From an uncultured Gammaproteobacteria bacterium (GTDB lineage Bacteria; Pseudomonadota; Gammaproteobacteria; JABCZS01), in the NCBI GenBank assembly GCA_963848305.1, contig CAWKDC010000001.1, positions 1,184,001 through 1,248,000 on the forward strand: DNA of 64,000 nt. The letters are read 5' to 3'. The notes beneath the pieces were generated by a model. It was not told the DNA's origin. It was given only the letters and a program-made list of their open reading frames with translations, and searched no databases. The first letter of the stretch is position 1. Each line of letters starts with the position of its first letter. Shown here in pieces: positions 39,845 to 50,503 of the stretch. The translations under genes and the position numbers were made by a program.

Positions 39845-41290
39845 ATGAACCGTACCCTTACGCCTATCACAGTAGCCCATGGCGATGGCATTGGCCCAGA
39901 AATCATGGACGCCACCCTCCGCATTCTAGAAGCAGCGGGTGCTCGGCTTGCCATTGAAACGATTGAGATTGGCGAGAAGGTTTATAAAGATGGCATCAAG
40001 GGTGGTATCCGCCCTGAAGCTTGGGAGTCCTTGCTTCGGACTAAAGTGTTTCTAAAAGCGCCTATCACAACCCCTCAGGGTGGCGGGTTCAAGAGCCTGA
40101 ATGTGACTGTGCGCAAAGCCTTTGGCATGTATGCCAATGTGCGCCCTTGTGTATCATACGCGCCATTTGTTCACACCTTGCACCCATCGATGGATGTGGT
40201 GATTGTACGTGAAAACGAAGAAGATTTATATGCCGGTATTGAGCATCAACAAACCCCGGATGTCGTGCAATGCTTGAAATTGATCAGCGTGCCCGGCACA
40301 GAAAAGATTGTGCGTTATGCGTTTGAATATGCGATCAATAACCATCGCAAAAAAGTGACGTGTTTTTCAAAAGACAATATCATGAAAATGACTGACGGTC
40401 TTTTCCATAAAATATTCGACACGATTGCGAAAGAATATCCCACGATTGAGAGCGAACATTGGATTGTCGATATTGGTGCTGCGAAATTGGCTGACAAACC
40501 CGAGCAATTCGATGTGATCGTGATGCCCAATTTATACGGCGATATTTTATCTGACGTGGCTGCAGAAATTGCGGGTTCCGTAGGGTTGGCTGGCTCTGCG
40601 AATATTGGCGATTCATGTTCCATGTTTGAAGCCATTCATGGTTCAGCCCCGCGCCGTGCGGGTCAAGACATGGCGAATCCTTCAGGTTTGTTGCAAGGCG
40701 CCATCATGATGTTGGTACACATTGGCCAAGCTGATGTTGCCACACGGGTACAAAATGCATGGTTGTCGACCTTAGAACAAGGCATTCACACATATGATAT
40801 TTACACAGAAGGTCAGAGCAAAGAAAAAGTCGGCACAAAAGCATTTGCGGATGCTGTGATTGCCCGCTTGGGCCAAACGCCTAAAATATTAAAACCTGCG
40901 CATTATGAAAACCATGAAGTGAAAAAATCACATACGTTGACGATTAACCCTGAAGTGACAGTGCGCGAATTGGTCGGTGTCGATGTTTTTGTGTACTGGA
41001 AAGCAGACGATGTGAAAGGTCTTGCAAAGGCTTTGCAAGCATCAGAAACAGCTGGTTTATCATTGTTGAGCATTGGTAATCGCGGTAGCAATGTCTGGCC
41101 TGGTGGCATGGCTGAAACATTTTGTACCACGCATTGGCGTGCACGTTTTGAAGCAAAATCAGCCATTCAAAATGAAGCCATTGTCAAATTGCTGGAAAAA
41201 CTGGTTCAGAACAATGTTGACTTCATCAAAATGGAACAGTTGTACCGTTTTGATGGGCAAGACATGTTCTCGAAAGCACAAGGGGATTAA
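39845..41290 (+). CDS. icd: NADP-dependent isocitrate dehydrogenase (long, alphaproteobacterial/Thermus type)
   Basis: GDGIGPEI, KAPITTPQGGGFKSLNV, KDNIMKMTDG, NLYGDILSD, FEAIHGSAP, C-terminal extension. Confidence 0.95.
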   Translation: MNRTLTPITVAHGDGIGPEIMDATLRILEAAGARLAIETIEIGEKVYKDGIKGGIRPEAWESLLRTKVFLKAPITTPQGGGFKSLNVTVRKAFGMYANVRPCVSYAPFVHTLHPSMDVVIVRENEEDLYAGIEHQQTPDVVQCLKLISVPGTEKIVRYAFEYAINNHRKKVTCFSKDNIMKMTDGLFHKIFDTIAKEYPTIESEHWIVDIGAAKLADKPEQFDVIVMPNLYGDILSDVAAEIAGSVGLAGSANIGDSCSMFEAIHGSAPRRAGQDMANPSGLLQGAIMMLVHIGQADVATRVQNAWLSTLEQGIHTYDIYTEGQSKEKVGTKAFADAVIARLGQTPKILKPAHYENHEVKKSHTLTINPEVTVRELVGVDVFVYWKADDVKGLAKALQASETAGLSLLSIGNRGSNVWPGGMAETFCTTHWRARFEAKSAIQNEAIVKLLEKLVQNNVDFIKMEQLYRFDGQDMFSKAQGD

Positions 41291-41292
41291 CA

Positions 41293-41848
41293 GTGCCTGT
41301 CACCCTCACATTGGATGAAGCCGCCGCCGAACTGCATGCTGGGCATGTGGTGGCGGTGCCGACAGAATCGGTGTATGGATTGACGGCCGATCCGACCCAG
41401 GAAAACGCGCTGCGTGCATTATTGGCATTGAAAGCGCGTGATCCCTCCAAAGGATTTATTCTCGTGGCAAGCACTATCGAGGCATTGAACGATTGGATTG
41501 AACCGTTCACGCCCGATATGGCTACCCGTATTCTGCCTACTTGGCCCTTGCACCTGGGTTGTCCCTGCGAAACCCAGTGTGTCCACATTGTTGCGCGGCA
41601 AGCATGCGACATTGGCTGTGCGCGTGACTGCTCACCCAGTGATGAAAAGATTGTGCGATGCATGTGGTTCCGCATTGGTGTCAACCAGTGCAAATCGCGA
41701 AGGAGAACCACCGGCACGCAGCATTGATGGATTATTACAGGCGTTTGATGTGTGTCCGCCCATTGTTGCTGGCGAATTGGGTTCACTTGCCCAGCCTACG
41801 CCTATTTATGATGGATGTACTGGTAAGGTATTGCGCTCCTCAATATGA
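41293..41848 (+). CDS. tsaC: Threonylcarbamoyl-AMP synthase (apparent frameshift near 41545)
   Basis: VAVPTESVYGL, LKAR..SKG.IL, then GPCTW, AVRV..HP, STSAN in the next frame. Confidence 0.9.
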
Positions 41849-43223
41849 CAACATACCCCCTCACCCCTTCCCCCTGTTGATCCCTCAATGATGTTTCTTC
41901 AAACGCCACCATTTCAAATCCATATACTGCGGCACATTTTTTCAAATAAGCTTGCGAATGCGCAAATCGTCCATCGAGTGATAATGTGAACATGTCGCCT
42001 TCATAAGCTTCACAAGTGAATAATACATAACCATTAGGACGCAATGCATTCGACACCGCTTCGAAAAATGGTTCTAACGCGCCGACATACACTAACGTAT
42101 CACAACACAAGATTAAATCGACATGGTGATCGAACCGTTTCAGTGTATCTAACATATTTTCGTGATATAAAATATCGTAAATAGTTTTCTCGCGTGCTTT
42201 CTCAAGCATTTTTTCAGATAAATCTGTACCAATCAATTGATCTGCGATGTCTCGGAATGCAAGGCCGCAGAGTCCGGTTCCGCAGCCGAGATCGGTTACA
42301 ACGCCCCATCTTTTGCCAGACAGTTGTGGAAGGATGCTATTAAAAATGGATCTGCATTTTGCTGGCAAATCGGATTTCAGCACTTCTGTTAAATGTGCGT
42401 CATAATCATCGGCGTAATGATCGAATAAGCTTGCTACAAAATCTGTGGGTGTTGTGTCTAAACCAGTCTCACTTTTTAAAACTGCATATAAGTAAGCGAT
42501 AAATGGATGACGAGGAGATAATGCATATGCTTTCTCAATATAATGTCGGGCGAGATTAAATTGCCTCTGTTTCTTTTTGATCAAGGCCAAATTATACAAA
42601 GCCGAAAAATGCGTAACATCCCGTGCGACAGCGGATTGAAAATGCATGTCGGCTTCATCGAAATCGCCTTTTTTTAAGGCAATCAAGCCTAGATGATAAT
42701 GGGCTTCAGGCAGCATTGAATCGAGCGCAATAGAGTGTGTTAAATGATGTTGAGATTCATCGAAACATGATAAATGAAAATATAACATGCCCATATGGCA
42801 ATGCGCATGGGCATCATCATGTCGTGCATTTATTGCCGCTTGCAAATGAATTTTTGCTTTATCAAAATCATTTTGGCGTAAATAAATCCCCCCTAATAAA
42901 TGTTGGGCATCAGCATACTCCGGTACTAATGTCACAGCAGTTGTTAGCAAGAGGGTTGCGCGATCTATATCGCCCTTTTTCATGTAGCAAAGTGCAGCGT
43001 TATAATAGGCTTTTGTAAAATCGGGTTCCACTTGAAAAAAACGCTCATACAAATCAATCGCACGTGCATAATCATTTCGCTTGGCATTCAGTGTAGCCAA
43101 ATTGTACAGAGTGGCAGGATGAGTGGGAAATTGTTCTAGAATGCGTTCATACAATGTGGCCGCCAAATCAACCTGACCCTTTTTTTCAGAGGCAACGGCT
43201 TGTTTGAAGAACGCTTCGCTCAA
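41802..43223 (-). CDS. TPR-repeat protein with C-terminal class I SAM methyltransferase
   Basis: Multiple TPRs; LFDHYA..YD.HL, DLGCGTGLCG, DTLVYVG.L, GRFAHS. Confidence 0.92.
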   Translation of the reverse strand: MSEAFFKQAVASEKKGQVDLAATLYERILEQFPTHPATLYNLATLNAKRNDYARAIDLYERFFQVEPDFTKAYYNAALCYMKKGDIDRATLLLTTAVTLVPEYADAQHLLGGIYLRQNDFDKAKIHLQAAINARHDDAHAHCHMGMLYFHLSCFDESQHHLTHSIALDSMLPEAHYHLGLIALKKGDFDEADMHFQSAVARDVTHFSALYNLALIKKKQRQFNLARHYIEKAYALSPRHPFIAYLYAVLKSETGLDTTPTDFVASLFDHYADDYDAHLTEVLKSDLPAKCRSIFNSILPQLSGKRWGVVTDLGCGTGLCGLAFRDIADQLIGTDLSEKMLEKAREKTIYDILYHENMLDTLKRFDHHVDLILCCDTLVYVGALEPFFEAVSNALRPNGYVLFTCEAYEGDMFTLSLDGRFAHSQAYLKKCAAVYGFEMVAFEETSLRDQQGEGVRGYVVILRSAIPYQYIHHK

Positions 43224-43486
43224 CGATCATCCTCATCATCTTTGTGCAAATGACGAACAGCGCCGGGAGGTGGCGTAGGGCCACTTCTGGCAGAATTGAA
43301 TGGGCCACCTGACAGTGGGCTCGCGCTCGAGCGGTTGCTGGCTTGAGGTTTGTTCGGCAAAATAAGGTTTTTGAAGATGGCCATGACTTGTTGAAAGATT
43401 TGGCTGACCATCGCACTGCCGGTTTGACTTTGTAAGCCCTGTGGGTTTTTTGAGGTTTTATGTTCGGTCCCGTAAAAAAGAGACAT
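43220..43486 (-). CDS. Hypothetical small protein (true start may be the ATG at 43514 through a homopolymer indel)
   Basis: Coupled to the TPR-MTase start; Ser/Pro-rich. Confidence 0.45.
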   Translation of the reverse strand: MSLFYGTEHKTSKNPQGLQSQTGSAMVSQIFQQVMAIFKNLILPNKPQASNRSSASPLSGGPFNSARSGPTPPPGAVRHLHKDDEDDR

Positions 43487-43596
43487 TACTTTTGGGAGGT
43501 GTTTCGGAAGACATGCTGTTAGCCCTTTTTAAAAAAGAAAATATAGTACCATAGTATAGGTCGCCTAACCAGCGTTTGCCATGGTAAACTTGACCC

Positions 43597-44517
43597 ATGG
43601 AAACCATACGTATTGCAACCCGAAAAAGCGCACTGGCCCTATGGCAAGCCCATTGGATTGGCGATTTGTTGCGTGCGCGCTATCCAGCGTTAAACATTGA
43701 ATTTGTCTTATTGAATACGCAAGGGGATCTCATTCTCGATGTCTCTCTTGCCAAAATTGGCGGTAAGGGTCTGTTCTTAAAGGAATTAGAAGCGGCTTTG
43801 CTGGAGGGTCGCGCGGACATTGCTGTGCATTCTCTCAAAGATTGTCCGGTCAAAAACACGCCTGGCCTTACCCTCGGCGCCTTTTTACCCCGAGCGACAC
43901 CCTGGGATGCTTTTTTATCTGCCTCGGCGAATTCACTTCAATCACTGCCGCAAGGCGCACGGGTGGGAACATCCAGCTTGCGTCGGCAAAGCCAGGTCAA
44001 AGCGTTGCGTCCTGATGTTGACACACTGATGTTGCGCGGGAATGTGGATACACGCGTAAAAAAACTGTTATCAGGTGAATATGATGCGATCATTTTGGCC
44101 GCATGTGGGTTAGAGCGTCTAAACTTACAAGGGCATATTCGGGGCTTGTTTTCTGCTGCAGAGATGCTGCCTGCGATTGGTCAGGGCATCGTGACAGTGC
44201 AATGTCATGATGCGAGTCCTTTTTTGTCGCATGTGCAATCACTGCATGATCCCATCACGCATGCGCAGGCCATTGCAGAACGCAGCCTGGGACTAGAATT
44301 GGGTAGCAGTTGTGAGATACCCATTGGTGGCTATGCACGGGTGGAAGGCGATGAATTGATTCTGGAAGGTTTGGTGGGTAGTTTGGACGGTACATGTATC
44401 TTGCGTGCTGAGGCAAGTCGGCCTTTGAATGAAGCGGATGCCTTGGGAAAAACGGTGGCAGCAGCGCTTATTGATAAAGGTGCGTTGGATGTGATCAAGC
44501 AGGCAATGTTAGGGTGA
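43597..44517 (+). CDS. hemC: Hydroxymethylbilane synthase
   Basis: IATRKSALALWQA, GGKGLFLKELE, AVHSLKD, GTSSLRR, RGNVDTR. Confidence 0.98.
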   Translation: METIRIATRKSALALWQAHWIGDLLRARYPALNIEFVLLNTQGDLILDVSLAKIGGKGLFLKELEAALLEGRADIAVHSLKDCPVKNTPGLTLGAFLPRATPWDAFLSASANSLQSLPQGARVGTSSLRRQSQVKALRPDVDTLMLRGNVDTRVKKLLSGEYDAIILAACGLERLNLQGHIRGLFSAAEMLPAIGQGIVTVQCHDASPFLSHVQSLHDPITHAQAIAERSLGLELGSSCEIPIGGYARVEGDELILEGLVGSLDGTCILRAEASRPLNEADALGKTVAAALIDKGALDVIKQAMLG

Positions 44518-44520
44518 AAA

Positions 44521-45303
44521 ATGGCAGATTGGGAAGGCATCCATGTGTTGGTGACACGCCCTGCGCATCAAGCAGAAGGGTTGGTCGCCGCACTCGCTGA
44601 TCGCGGGGCCACAGTGCTCTCGTTCCCTGCCCTCACCATTCATCCCGCCCCTTTGAATCAAGCAAACAAGGAAACATTATTAACACTGGGCGGATACGAT
44701 TATTTAATCTTCATCAGCCCTAATGCTGTCATGCATGGCATGCCCTATGTGTTATCTCATTTTCACCTTGATCATTTTAAACCACATTTTGCTGCGGTCG
44801 GGGAAGGCACGGCAGATATCCTCAAGACATACGGTGTGCAAAATGTGATTTTTCCGGAAGCGGACGTGGGTTCTGAAGCATTATTAAGCATCTTGCCGTC
44901 GGATTTGCAAGATAAAAAAATATTTATTTTTAAAGGCGACAGTGGCAATAATGTTCTTGAGGCGGGGTTGACAGAACGGGGGGCGATGGTGCGCAGCTGC
45001 GTCTGTTATCAACGCGAGCACACACAAGCAGATCCTACGCCGTTTATTCAAGCGCTCAAGCACAAGCACATTCATATCGCAGTTGTGACGAGTGCTGACA
45101 GTTTACGGGCATTACACGCATGGGTGCCGCAAGATTTAATCAATACGTTTTCTCGGTTACCTTTGGTGGTCGCGAGCGATCGTATTGGTGGTGTCGCAAA
45201 AAAAATGGGTTTCGATAATATTTTAAATTCGAAGGGCGCAGATGATCGTGCGATCATTGAAACGATCAGCGCGTGGGTTGAGCAACAAGGAGCAATAAGA
45301 TGA
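44521..45303 (+). CDS. hemD: Uroporphyrinogen-III synthase
   Basis: VLVTRP, FISPNAV, AVGEGTA, SEALL, CYQR. Confidence 0.95.
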   Translation: MADWEGIHVLVTRPAHQAEGLVAALADRGATVLSFPALTIHPAPLNQANKETLLTLGGYDYLIFISPNAVMHGMPYVLSHFHLDHFKPHFAAVGEGTADILKTYGVQNVIFPEADVGSEALLSILPSDLQDKKIFIFKGDSGNNVLEAGLTERGAMVRSCVCYQREHTQADPTPFIQALKHKHIHIAVVTSADSLRALHAWVPQDLINTFSRLPLVVASDRIGGVAKKMGFDNILNSKGADDRAIIETISAWVEQQGAIR

Positions 45304-46256
45304 ATGATATGTTGAAGTGGATTGCCATCGTGATGTTGGCAGCCGGTTTGGGGTGGGTTTCATGGCAGCAGTACAAGATCCAAACTGAACATGATCGTGA
45401 AAATTTAGCGCAAGCAGTACAAACCGATGAAAAACAAATCGCTGCGTTGACAGAGACGGTGAAACGTCATGAGACACAATTTCAAACATTGGCGGATCAC
45501 AGCAATCAGCTGACAGACGCTGTGAAAATGTTGGATCGCTCCATGAGAGAGGGTAATCCTCAATGGCGTTATGCACAAGTTCAATTTTATTTAGAACGTG
45601 CAGCTCAAGAAACATATGTGATGAAAGATCCTGTGTTGGCGAAGAGCTGGCTTCAGGCTGCATTACAAAGCACAGTGAGTTTGAATCAACCGAATTTATT
45701 GCCTGTTCAAGAAGCAATTCAAAGTGATATTCAAGATTTGTCTCAAAAAGGAGGCAATGCGATGTCCCAAGCGATGGTGAGTTTGTCATTGTTGGCAGAT
45801 ACGATTCAGACATTACCCCATAAGCAAGCGATCGAAAGAATGCCAACAGATGATGAACCAAATCCTGCTGCAACCCCATCAGATGATTGGCAGACTGCCT
45901 TGAAATCAGGTTGGCATGAATTAAAATCGTTGGTGCGTATTCGCACAGTGAACAGCGAAGTAGTTCCCTATTTTTCAGCCGATGAAAAGTCCATGATTGA
46001 TCAAAACGTGTCATTGATATTGATGCAAGCAAGTTTCAATGCCATGCGGGGCAATCAAGATCTGTATGCGCACGAAGTCACACAAGCAAAAGAATGGATC
46101 ATGCGCTATTACGATGTAACATCACCGAAAGTTGAACAAACACTGAATATGTTGAATCAATTATCCACCGTCCCCGTGAATTTTGTGCCGCCTACGCGAT
46201 TAAAAAGTGTGGATGCGTGGAGTGCCTTTAGCCAACAGAATGGAAAATCATCATGA
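45300..46256 (+). CDS. hemX: HemX family protein
   Basis: TM plus coiled coil, LVRIR; hemCDXY synteny. Confidence 0.88.
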   Translation: MNDMLKWIAIVMLAAGLGWVSWQQYKIQTEHDRENLAQAVQTDEKQIAALTETVKRHETQFQTLADHSNQLTDAVKMLDRSMREGNPQWRYAQVQFYLERAAQETYVMKDPVLAKSWLQAALQSTVSLNQPNLLPVQEAIQSDIQDLSQKGGNAMSQAMVSLSLLADTIQTLPHKQAIERMPTDDEPNPAATPSDDWQTALKSGWHELKSLVRIRTVNSEVVPYFSADEKSMIDQNVSLILMQASFNAMRGNQDLYAHEVTQAKEWIMRYYDVTSPKVEQTLNMLNQLSTVPVNFVPPTRLKSVDAWSAFSQQNGKSS

Positions 46257-47428
46257 GATTATTGCTCTTTATCATGCTGCTCATTGTATCCGTGATAGCG
46301 GGTGTTGCTGTCGCACAAGATCCGGGGTATTTGTTGATTGTATATCGTCACACCAGTGTTGAAATGCCCTTGTGGTTGGGGATCTTGGGCGCATTTCTTG
46401 GGCTTTATACAATATATTTTTTAGTGTACGTCATTCGGCATGTACTGGCGATTCCCAGTGGTGTGCATCATTGGTTTGAACATTCGCGAATGCATCGTAT
46501 GCGTCGACGCATGGTGCGAGGATACATCGCATTATTGGAGGGTAATTGGCGTGAAGCTGAGCGTTTGTTGGTGAAGACCAGTGATCAATGGAATACGGCG
46601 GTCATCAATTATTTATGTGCCGCAACAGCTGCTGAAAAACAGGGCAAAATGAATGAGCGTGATGAATATTTGCGAAAGGCACATCAAATTGACAACCGTG
46701 CTGAATTGGCCATTGGCATCACACAAGCGCGGTTACAAATGGACAGTGGGCAGTGGGAACAAAGTTTGGCGACCTTGCAGCGCTTGCATCAGTTATCCCC
46801 TGATCATGATTTCATTTTAGAATTGTTGCAGCAAGTGTTGATCCAGCTCAAGGATTGGAACGGTATTTTGTTACTATTGCCGACGTTGAAAAAGAAAAAG
46901 ATTTTGTCTGATGCACAATATGCATTATTATGCCGCAAAGCGTACAGTGGCTTATTATTACAAGCAAACACTATTGAGGCTAAAAAAGAAGCTTGGTCGC
47001 AGATTCCAGCTGTTTTTCGCATGGATGCAGATGTATTGTCTTCCTACTTGCCCGCGTTGACTGAGATGCACGATATGTCTGTCGCTGAGTCATTGATACG
47101 TGATAGTTTAAACCATGGGTGGGATGATCGTTTGGTTCGTGAATATGGCCGCATGCATACATTAGAGATTGACAGACAGATCAAAGTCGCAGAACATTGG
47201 TTGAAAAAACATGCCGATGATCCCACGCTATTGTTAACGTTAGGACGCTTATATGCTTTGAAAGGTATTTTTGGTCAAGCAAAAGATTTATTGATGCACA
47301 GTCTCCGCATTAAAATGGATCCCGAAACTTGTTACGTGTTAGGGAACGTGTATGAACAAATGGGAGATGCATCACAAGCGAAAGAGATGTATGCAAAAGG
47401 GTTACAAGCTATCCCAAATTTTGCGTAA
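46253..47428 (+). CDS. hemY: Heme biosynthesis-associated TPR protein HemY
   Basis: DPGYLLI, EGNWREAE, AEHWLK.H..DP.LLL.LGRL. Confidence 0.92.
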   Translation: MRLLLFIMLLIVSVIAGVAVAQDPGYLLIVYRHTSVEMPLWLGILGAFLGLYTIYFLVYVIRHVLAIPSGVHHWFEHSRMHRMRRRMVRGYIALLEGNWREAERLLVKTSDQWNTAVINYLCAATAAEKQGKMNERDEYLRKAHQIDNRAELAIGITQARLQMDSGQWEQSLATLQRLHQLSPDHDFILELLQQVLIQLKDWNGILLLLPTLKKKKILSDAQYALLCRKAYSGLLLQANTIEAKKEAWSQIPAVFRMDADVLSSYLPALTEMHDMSVAESLIRDSLNHGWDDRLVREYGRMHTLEIDRQIKVAEHWLKKHADDPTLLLTLGRLYALKGIFGQAKDLLMHSLRIKMDPETCYVLGNVYEQMGDASQAKEMYAKGLQAIPNFA

Positions 47429-48412
47429 TCCCTCTTCCAATCCAGTGCTAGGATTAAACCCCAATTTGCTGCGAGCCTGCTCAATACTCGGGACGCGGGC
47501 GGGAATATCTTGATACCCAGCGCCATATACCGATTCGGCGCGATCGCTCACAATGTTGACTTGATGGGCAAGCGGCGCAAGATGCGGCAGAGAGCGGGCT
47601 ATGGTCAGCATCATGTTCGCCAATTCAGCGATGGATGCCTGATTATTCGGATTGCCAATATTAAAAATCTGATGTGTTGCGCAATGATTTTTATTGTCAA
47701 CAATTCGAAACAATGCATCAATCCCATCGTCGATATAGGTAAAACTGCGGCGTTGCTGACCGCCATCTACCAAAACAAGATTCTCTCCCCGCAAAATCTG
47801 GTTCATGAATTGGGTGACCACGCGCGTATGTGTTTTGACGTGTGCACCAATTTCATCCAACCCGCTAAACCAATTGAAGGGGCGAAATAATGTGAAGGGA
47901 AAAGGGTTGCGTTGATTCAATGCCAAAATCACCCGATCCAATAATTGTTTTGAACATGAATAAATCCAGCGTGGTGTGGTGGTGGGACCCAATACCAAAT
48001 GCGAAGAATATTCATCAAATTGCGCATCTGGCGACATGCCATACACTTCAGATGTGGAAGGGAACACCAAATGTTTTTGATAGCGTGCGCACCAACGTAT
48101 AATAGGTATATTTGCTTCAAAATCGAGTTCATACACACTGAGCGGATCAGTCACGTACACTTGTGGGTTGGCAATGGCGACAAGCGGTAAAACGGTGTCG
48201 ACGGATTGAATGGTTTCTTCAATCCAATCGTGGGATGAACGCAGATCGGCTTGCTTAAAATGAAAACGGGGATGATTTAAATGTGGGGTGATTTTATGCG
48301 TCGAGAGATCTAATCCCCATACCTCCCAATCCGTTTTATTCAAAATCGCTGATAATAAATGGGAGCCAATAAAGCCATTCACGCCCAAAATCAATACGTT
48401 TTTCGACATCAT
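47402..48412 (-). CDS. Stand-alone ArnA-type UDP-glucuronate decarboxylase domain
   Basis: LILGVNGFIGSHL, LPLVAIA.P, FPSTSEVYG, RWIYSCSKQLLDR, FRPFNW; no formyltransferase domain. Confidence 0.92.
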   Translation of the reverse strand: MMSKNVLILGVNGFIGSHLLSAILNKTDWEVWGLDLSTHKITPHLNHPRFHFKQADLRSSHDWIEETIQSVDTVLPLVAIANPQVYVTDPLSVYELDFEANIPIIRWCARYQKHLVFPSTSEVYGMSPDAQFDEYSSHLVLGPTTTPRWIYSCSKQLLDRVILALNQRNPFPFTLFRPFNWFSGLDEIGAHVKTHTRVVTQFMNQILRGENLVLVDGGQQRRSFTYIDDGIDALFRIVDNKNHCATHQIFNIGNPNNQASIAELANMMLTIARSLPHLAPLAHQVNIVSDRAESVYGAGYQDIPARVPSIEQARSKLGFNPSTGLEEGLRKIWDSL

Positions 48413-49347
48413 TTAAATCCCACAAAACGTTGAATCAAGAAACGCGGACGGCCACCGACTTGTTGGTAAATGCGGCCAATATATTCACCCACAATGCCCA
48501 GTCCCATCAATACAATGCCCATTAAGAAAAACAGAATCGCAAATAACGTGAATAATCCCTCTGCTTCTGGACCTATCATCAACCGTCTCACGAATAAGAA
48601 TATGACGAAAGCGCCTGACAATGCGGAGACGATGATGCCGATGAAAGTGAAGATTTGCAAGGGAACCAAAGAAAAATTAGTGATGAGATCGAAGTTGTAT
48701 CGGATCAGTTTATAGAGATTGTAACTCGAGGTGCCTTCCGTGCGTGCTTCATGTTTCACCCCGATTTCGGCAGGATTGTGCGCGAAAATCATCGCGAGCG
48801 CTGGAATAAATGTGCACTTTTCATCCGTTTCTGTCATTGCTTTGACAATGTCACGGTGATACGCACGCAACATGCAACCTTCATCTTTCATTTTCAAACT
48901 TGGTGCAATTTTTTCACGCAGAATATTGTGCCATTTTGACACCCACAAACGCCAAGCGCTGTCTTGACGATCCATGCGATAACCTCCCACCACATCGTGC
49001 CCGGCTTGTGCCAATGTTAATAGTTTCGGGATTTCTTCGGGAGGATTTTGAAGATCAGCATCAAGTGTGATCACGATCTCGCCACTGACATGTTCGAAGC
49101 CCGCCATGATCGCCATGTGTTGACCATAATTACCGTTGAAATGAATGATACGAATATGTTCGGGATAGCGATTTTGATAATCATCAAGAATTGCTGCACT
49201 GTTATCTTTGGAACCATCATTCACCAAAATAATTTCATAGGATTGACTCAAGCTGTCCATCACCGGCAATAATCGCTTAAACAGAGATGGTAATACTTCG
49301 GCTTCATTGTGGACAGGAATCACAATACTGACATTCACGTGGGACAT
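48409..49347 (-). CDS. arnC: ArnC-like undecaprenyl-phosphate glycosyltransferase (GT2)
   Basis: DGSKD, NYGQH.AIMAGF, DADLQNPPEEIP, GCMLRAY, GEYIGRIY. Confidence 0.9.
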   Translation of the reverse strand: MSHVNVSIVIPVHNEAEVLPSLFKRLLPVMDSLSQSYEIILVNDGSKDNSAAILDDYQNRYPEHIRIIHFNGNYGQHMAIMAGFEHVSGEIVITLDADLQNPPEEIPKLLTLAQAGHDVVGGYRMDRQDSAWRLWVSKWHNILREKIAPSLKMKDEGCMLRAYHRDIVKAMTETDEKCTFIPALAMIFAHNPAEIGVKHEARTEGTSSYNLYKLIRYNFDLITNFSLVPLQIFTFIGIIVSALSGAFVIFLFVRRLMIGPEAEGLFTLFAILFFLMGIVLMGLGIVGEYIGRIYQQVGGRPRFLIQRFVGFK

Positions 49348-49349
49348 CT

Positions 49350-50495
49350 TTAATCCTTTTTGAGTGCTGTTTGAATGGTGTTGATGATGCGTTGGAATGT
49401 CGCTTCATCAAGATGAGGATACAAGGGCAAACTGACAACATGATCAGCTGCCCATTCTGCGTTGGGAAAATCTCCCGGTTTATAACCGAATGCTTGTTGA
49501 AAATACGTGAAGCGATGCAGCGCTTGATAATGTAAACCGGTTCCAATGCCTTGATCTTTTAATTGTTGCATGAACCCATCACGGTCTACATGTTCAGCCG
49601 TGATAAACGCAATGCACAAATGCCAGGCGTGTTTACCCTGTTGCTGATGGGTTGGCCAGGCAATACCCGGCGTGTCTTTCAGGGCTGCTTGATAACGTTT
49701 CACCCACGTCGTGCGTGCATCAATAAAGCCGTCGAGTTTCGGCAGTTGATGCAAACCAATCGCGGCTTGTAAATCCATCATGTTATATTTGAAACCGGGT
49801 TCAGTGACATCGTAATGCTGTGAACCCTTTGCTGAAAAGCGATTCCACACTTCACGATCAATCCCATGAAAACGCAGTCGTGCAATGCGTGCGGCAAATG
49901 CGGGATCGCGCGATGTGATCAGCCCGCCTTCCCCGGTGGTCATGTTTTTATTCGGATGAAAGCTGAACATTTGAATGTCACCAAAACTCCCCAGGCGTTG
50001 ATCGCCACACGTAGCGCCCAATGCATGTGCACCATCTTCAATCACGCGCAGGCCGTGATGATTCGCTATGGCGTACAATGTGTGGCAATCCATTGGTTGC
50101 CCTGCAAAATGTACGGGCATGATTGCTTTGGTGCGTGGCGTGATGGCGGCTGCTACTTTTGACAGATCCATATTCAAACTGTCATCAATATCAACAAACA
50201 CAGGTTTTGCGCCAACCAGGGCAATGGTATTCGCCGTGGCCGCAAAGGTAAAAGGTGTGGTGATCACTTCATCCCCCGGGCCAATATCACACGCTAATAG
50301 GGCAAGATGAAGCCCGGCCGTGCCGCTCGTGACAGTTTGTGCAAAAGGGGCGCCCGTGTATTCTTGAAGTGCCGTCTCAAAGGCGGCGACACGCGGGCCC
50401 GTTGTGAGCCACCCGCTGTTGAGCGTGTTCACCACTTCAGCAATAGTCGCATCGTCCAAGCATGGCTTGGCAAAGGGAATGAAGGGTTGCGTCAT
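49350..50495 (-). CDS. arnB: ArnB-like DegT/DnrJ PLP aminotransferase
   Basis: SGWLTTGP, EDGAHA.G, FSFHPNKNMTTGEGG, PGFKYNM.D. Confidence 0.88.
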   Translation of the reverse strand: MTQPFIPFAKPCLDDATIAEVVNTLNSGWLTTGPRVAAFETALQEYTGAPFAQTVTSGTAGLHLALLACDIGPGDEVITTPFTFAATANTIALVGAKPVFVDIDDSLNMDLSKVAAAITPRTKAIMPVHFAGQPMDCHTLYAIANHHGLRVIEDGAHALGATCGDQRLGSFGDIQMFSFHPNKNMTTGEGGLITSRDPAFAARIARLRFHGIDREVWNRFSAKGSQHYDVTEPGFKYNMMDLQAAIGLHQLPKLDGFIDARTTWVKRYQAALKDTPGIAWPTHQQQGKHAWHLCIAFITAEHVDRDGFMQQLKDQGIGTGLHYQALHRFTYFQQAFGYKPGDFPNAEWAADHVVSLPLYPHLDEATFQRIINTIQTALKKD

Positions 50496-50503
50496 GACAG
50501 TCC

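Noticed and set aside
45223-46032. 269-aa antisense ORF over hemX
   Set aside because: Shadow ORF opposite a syntenic, well-supported gene, with no recognisable motifs; the same applies to the many other short antisense ORFs
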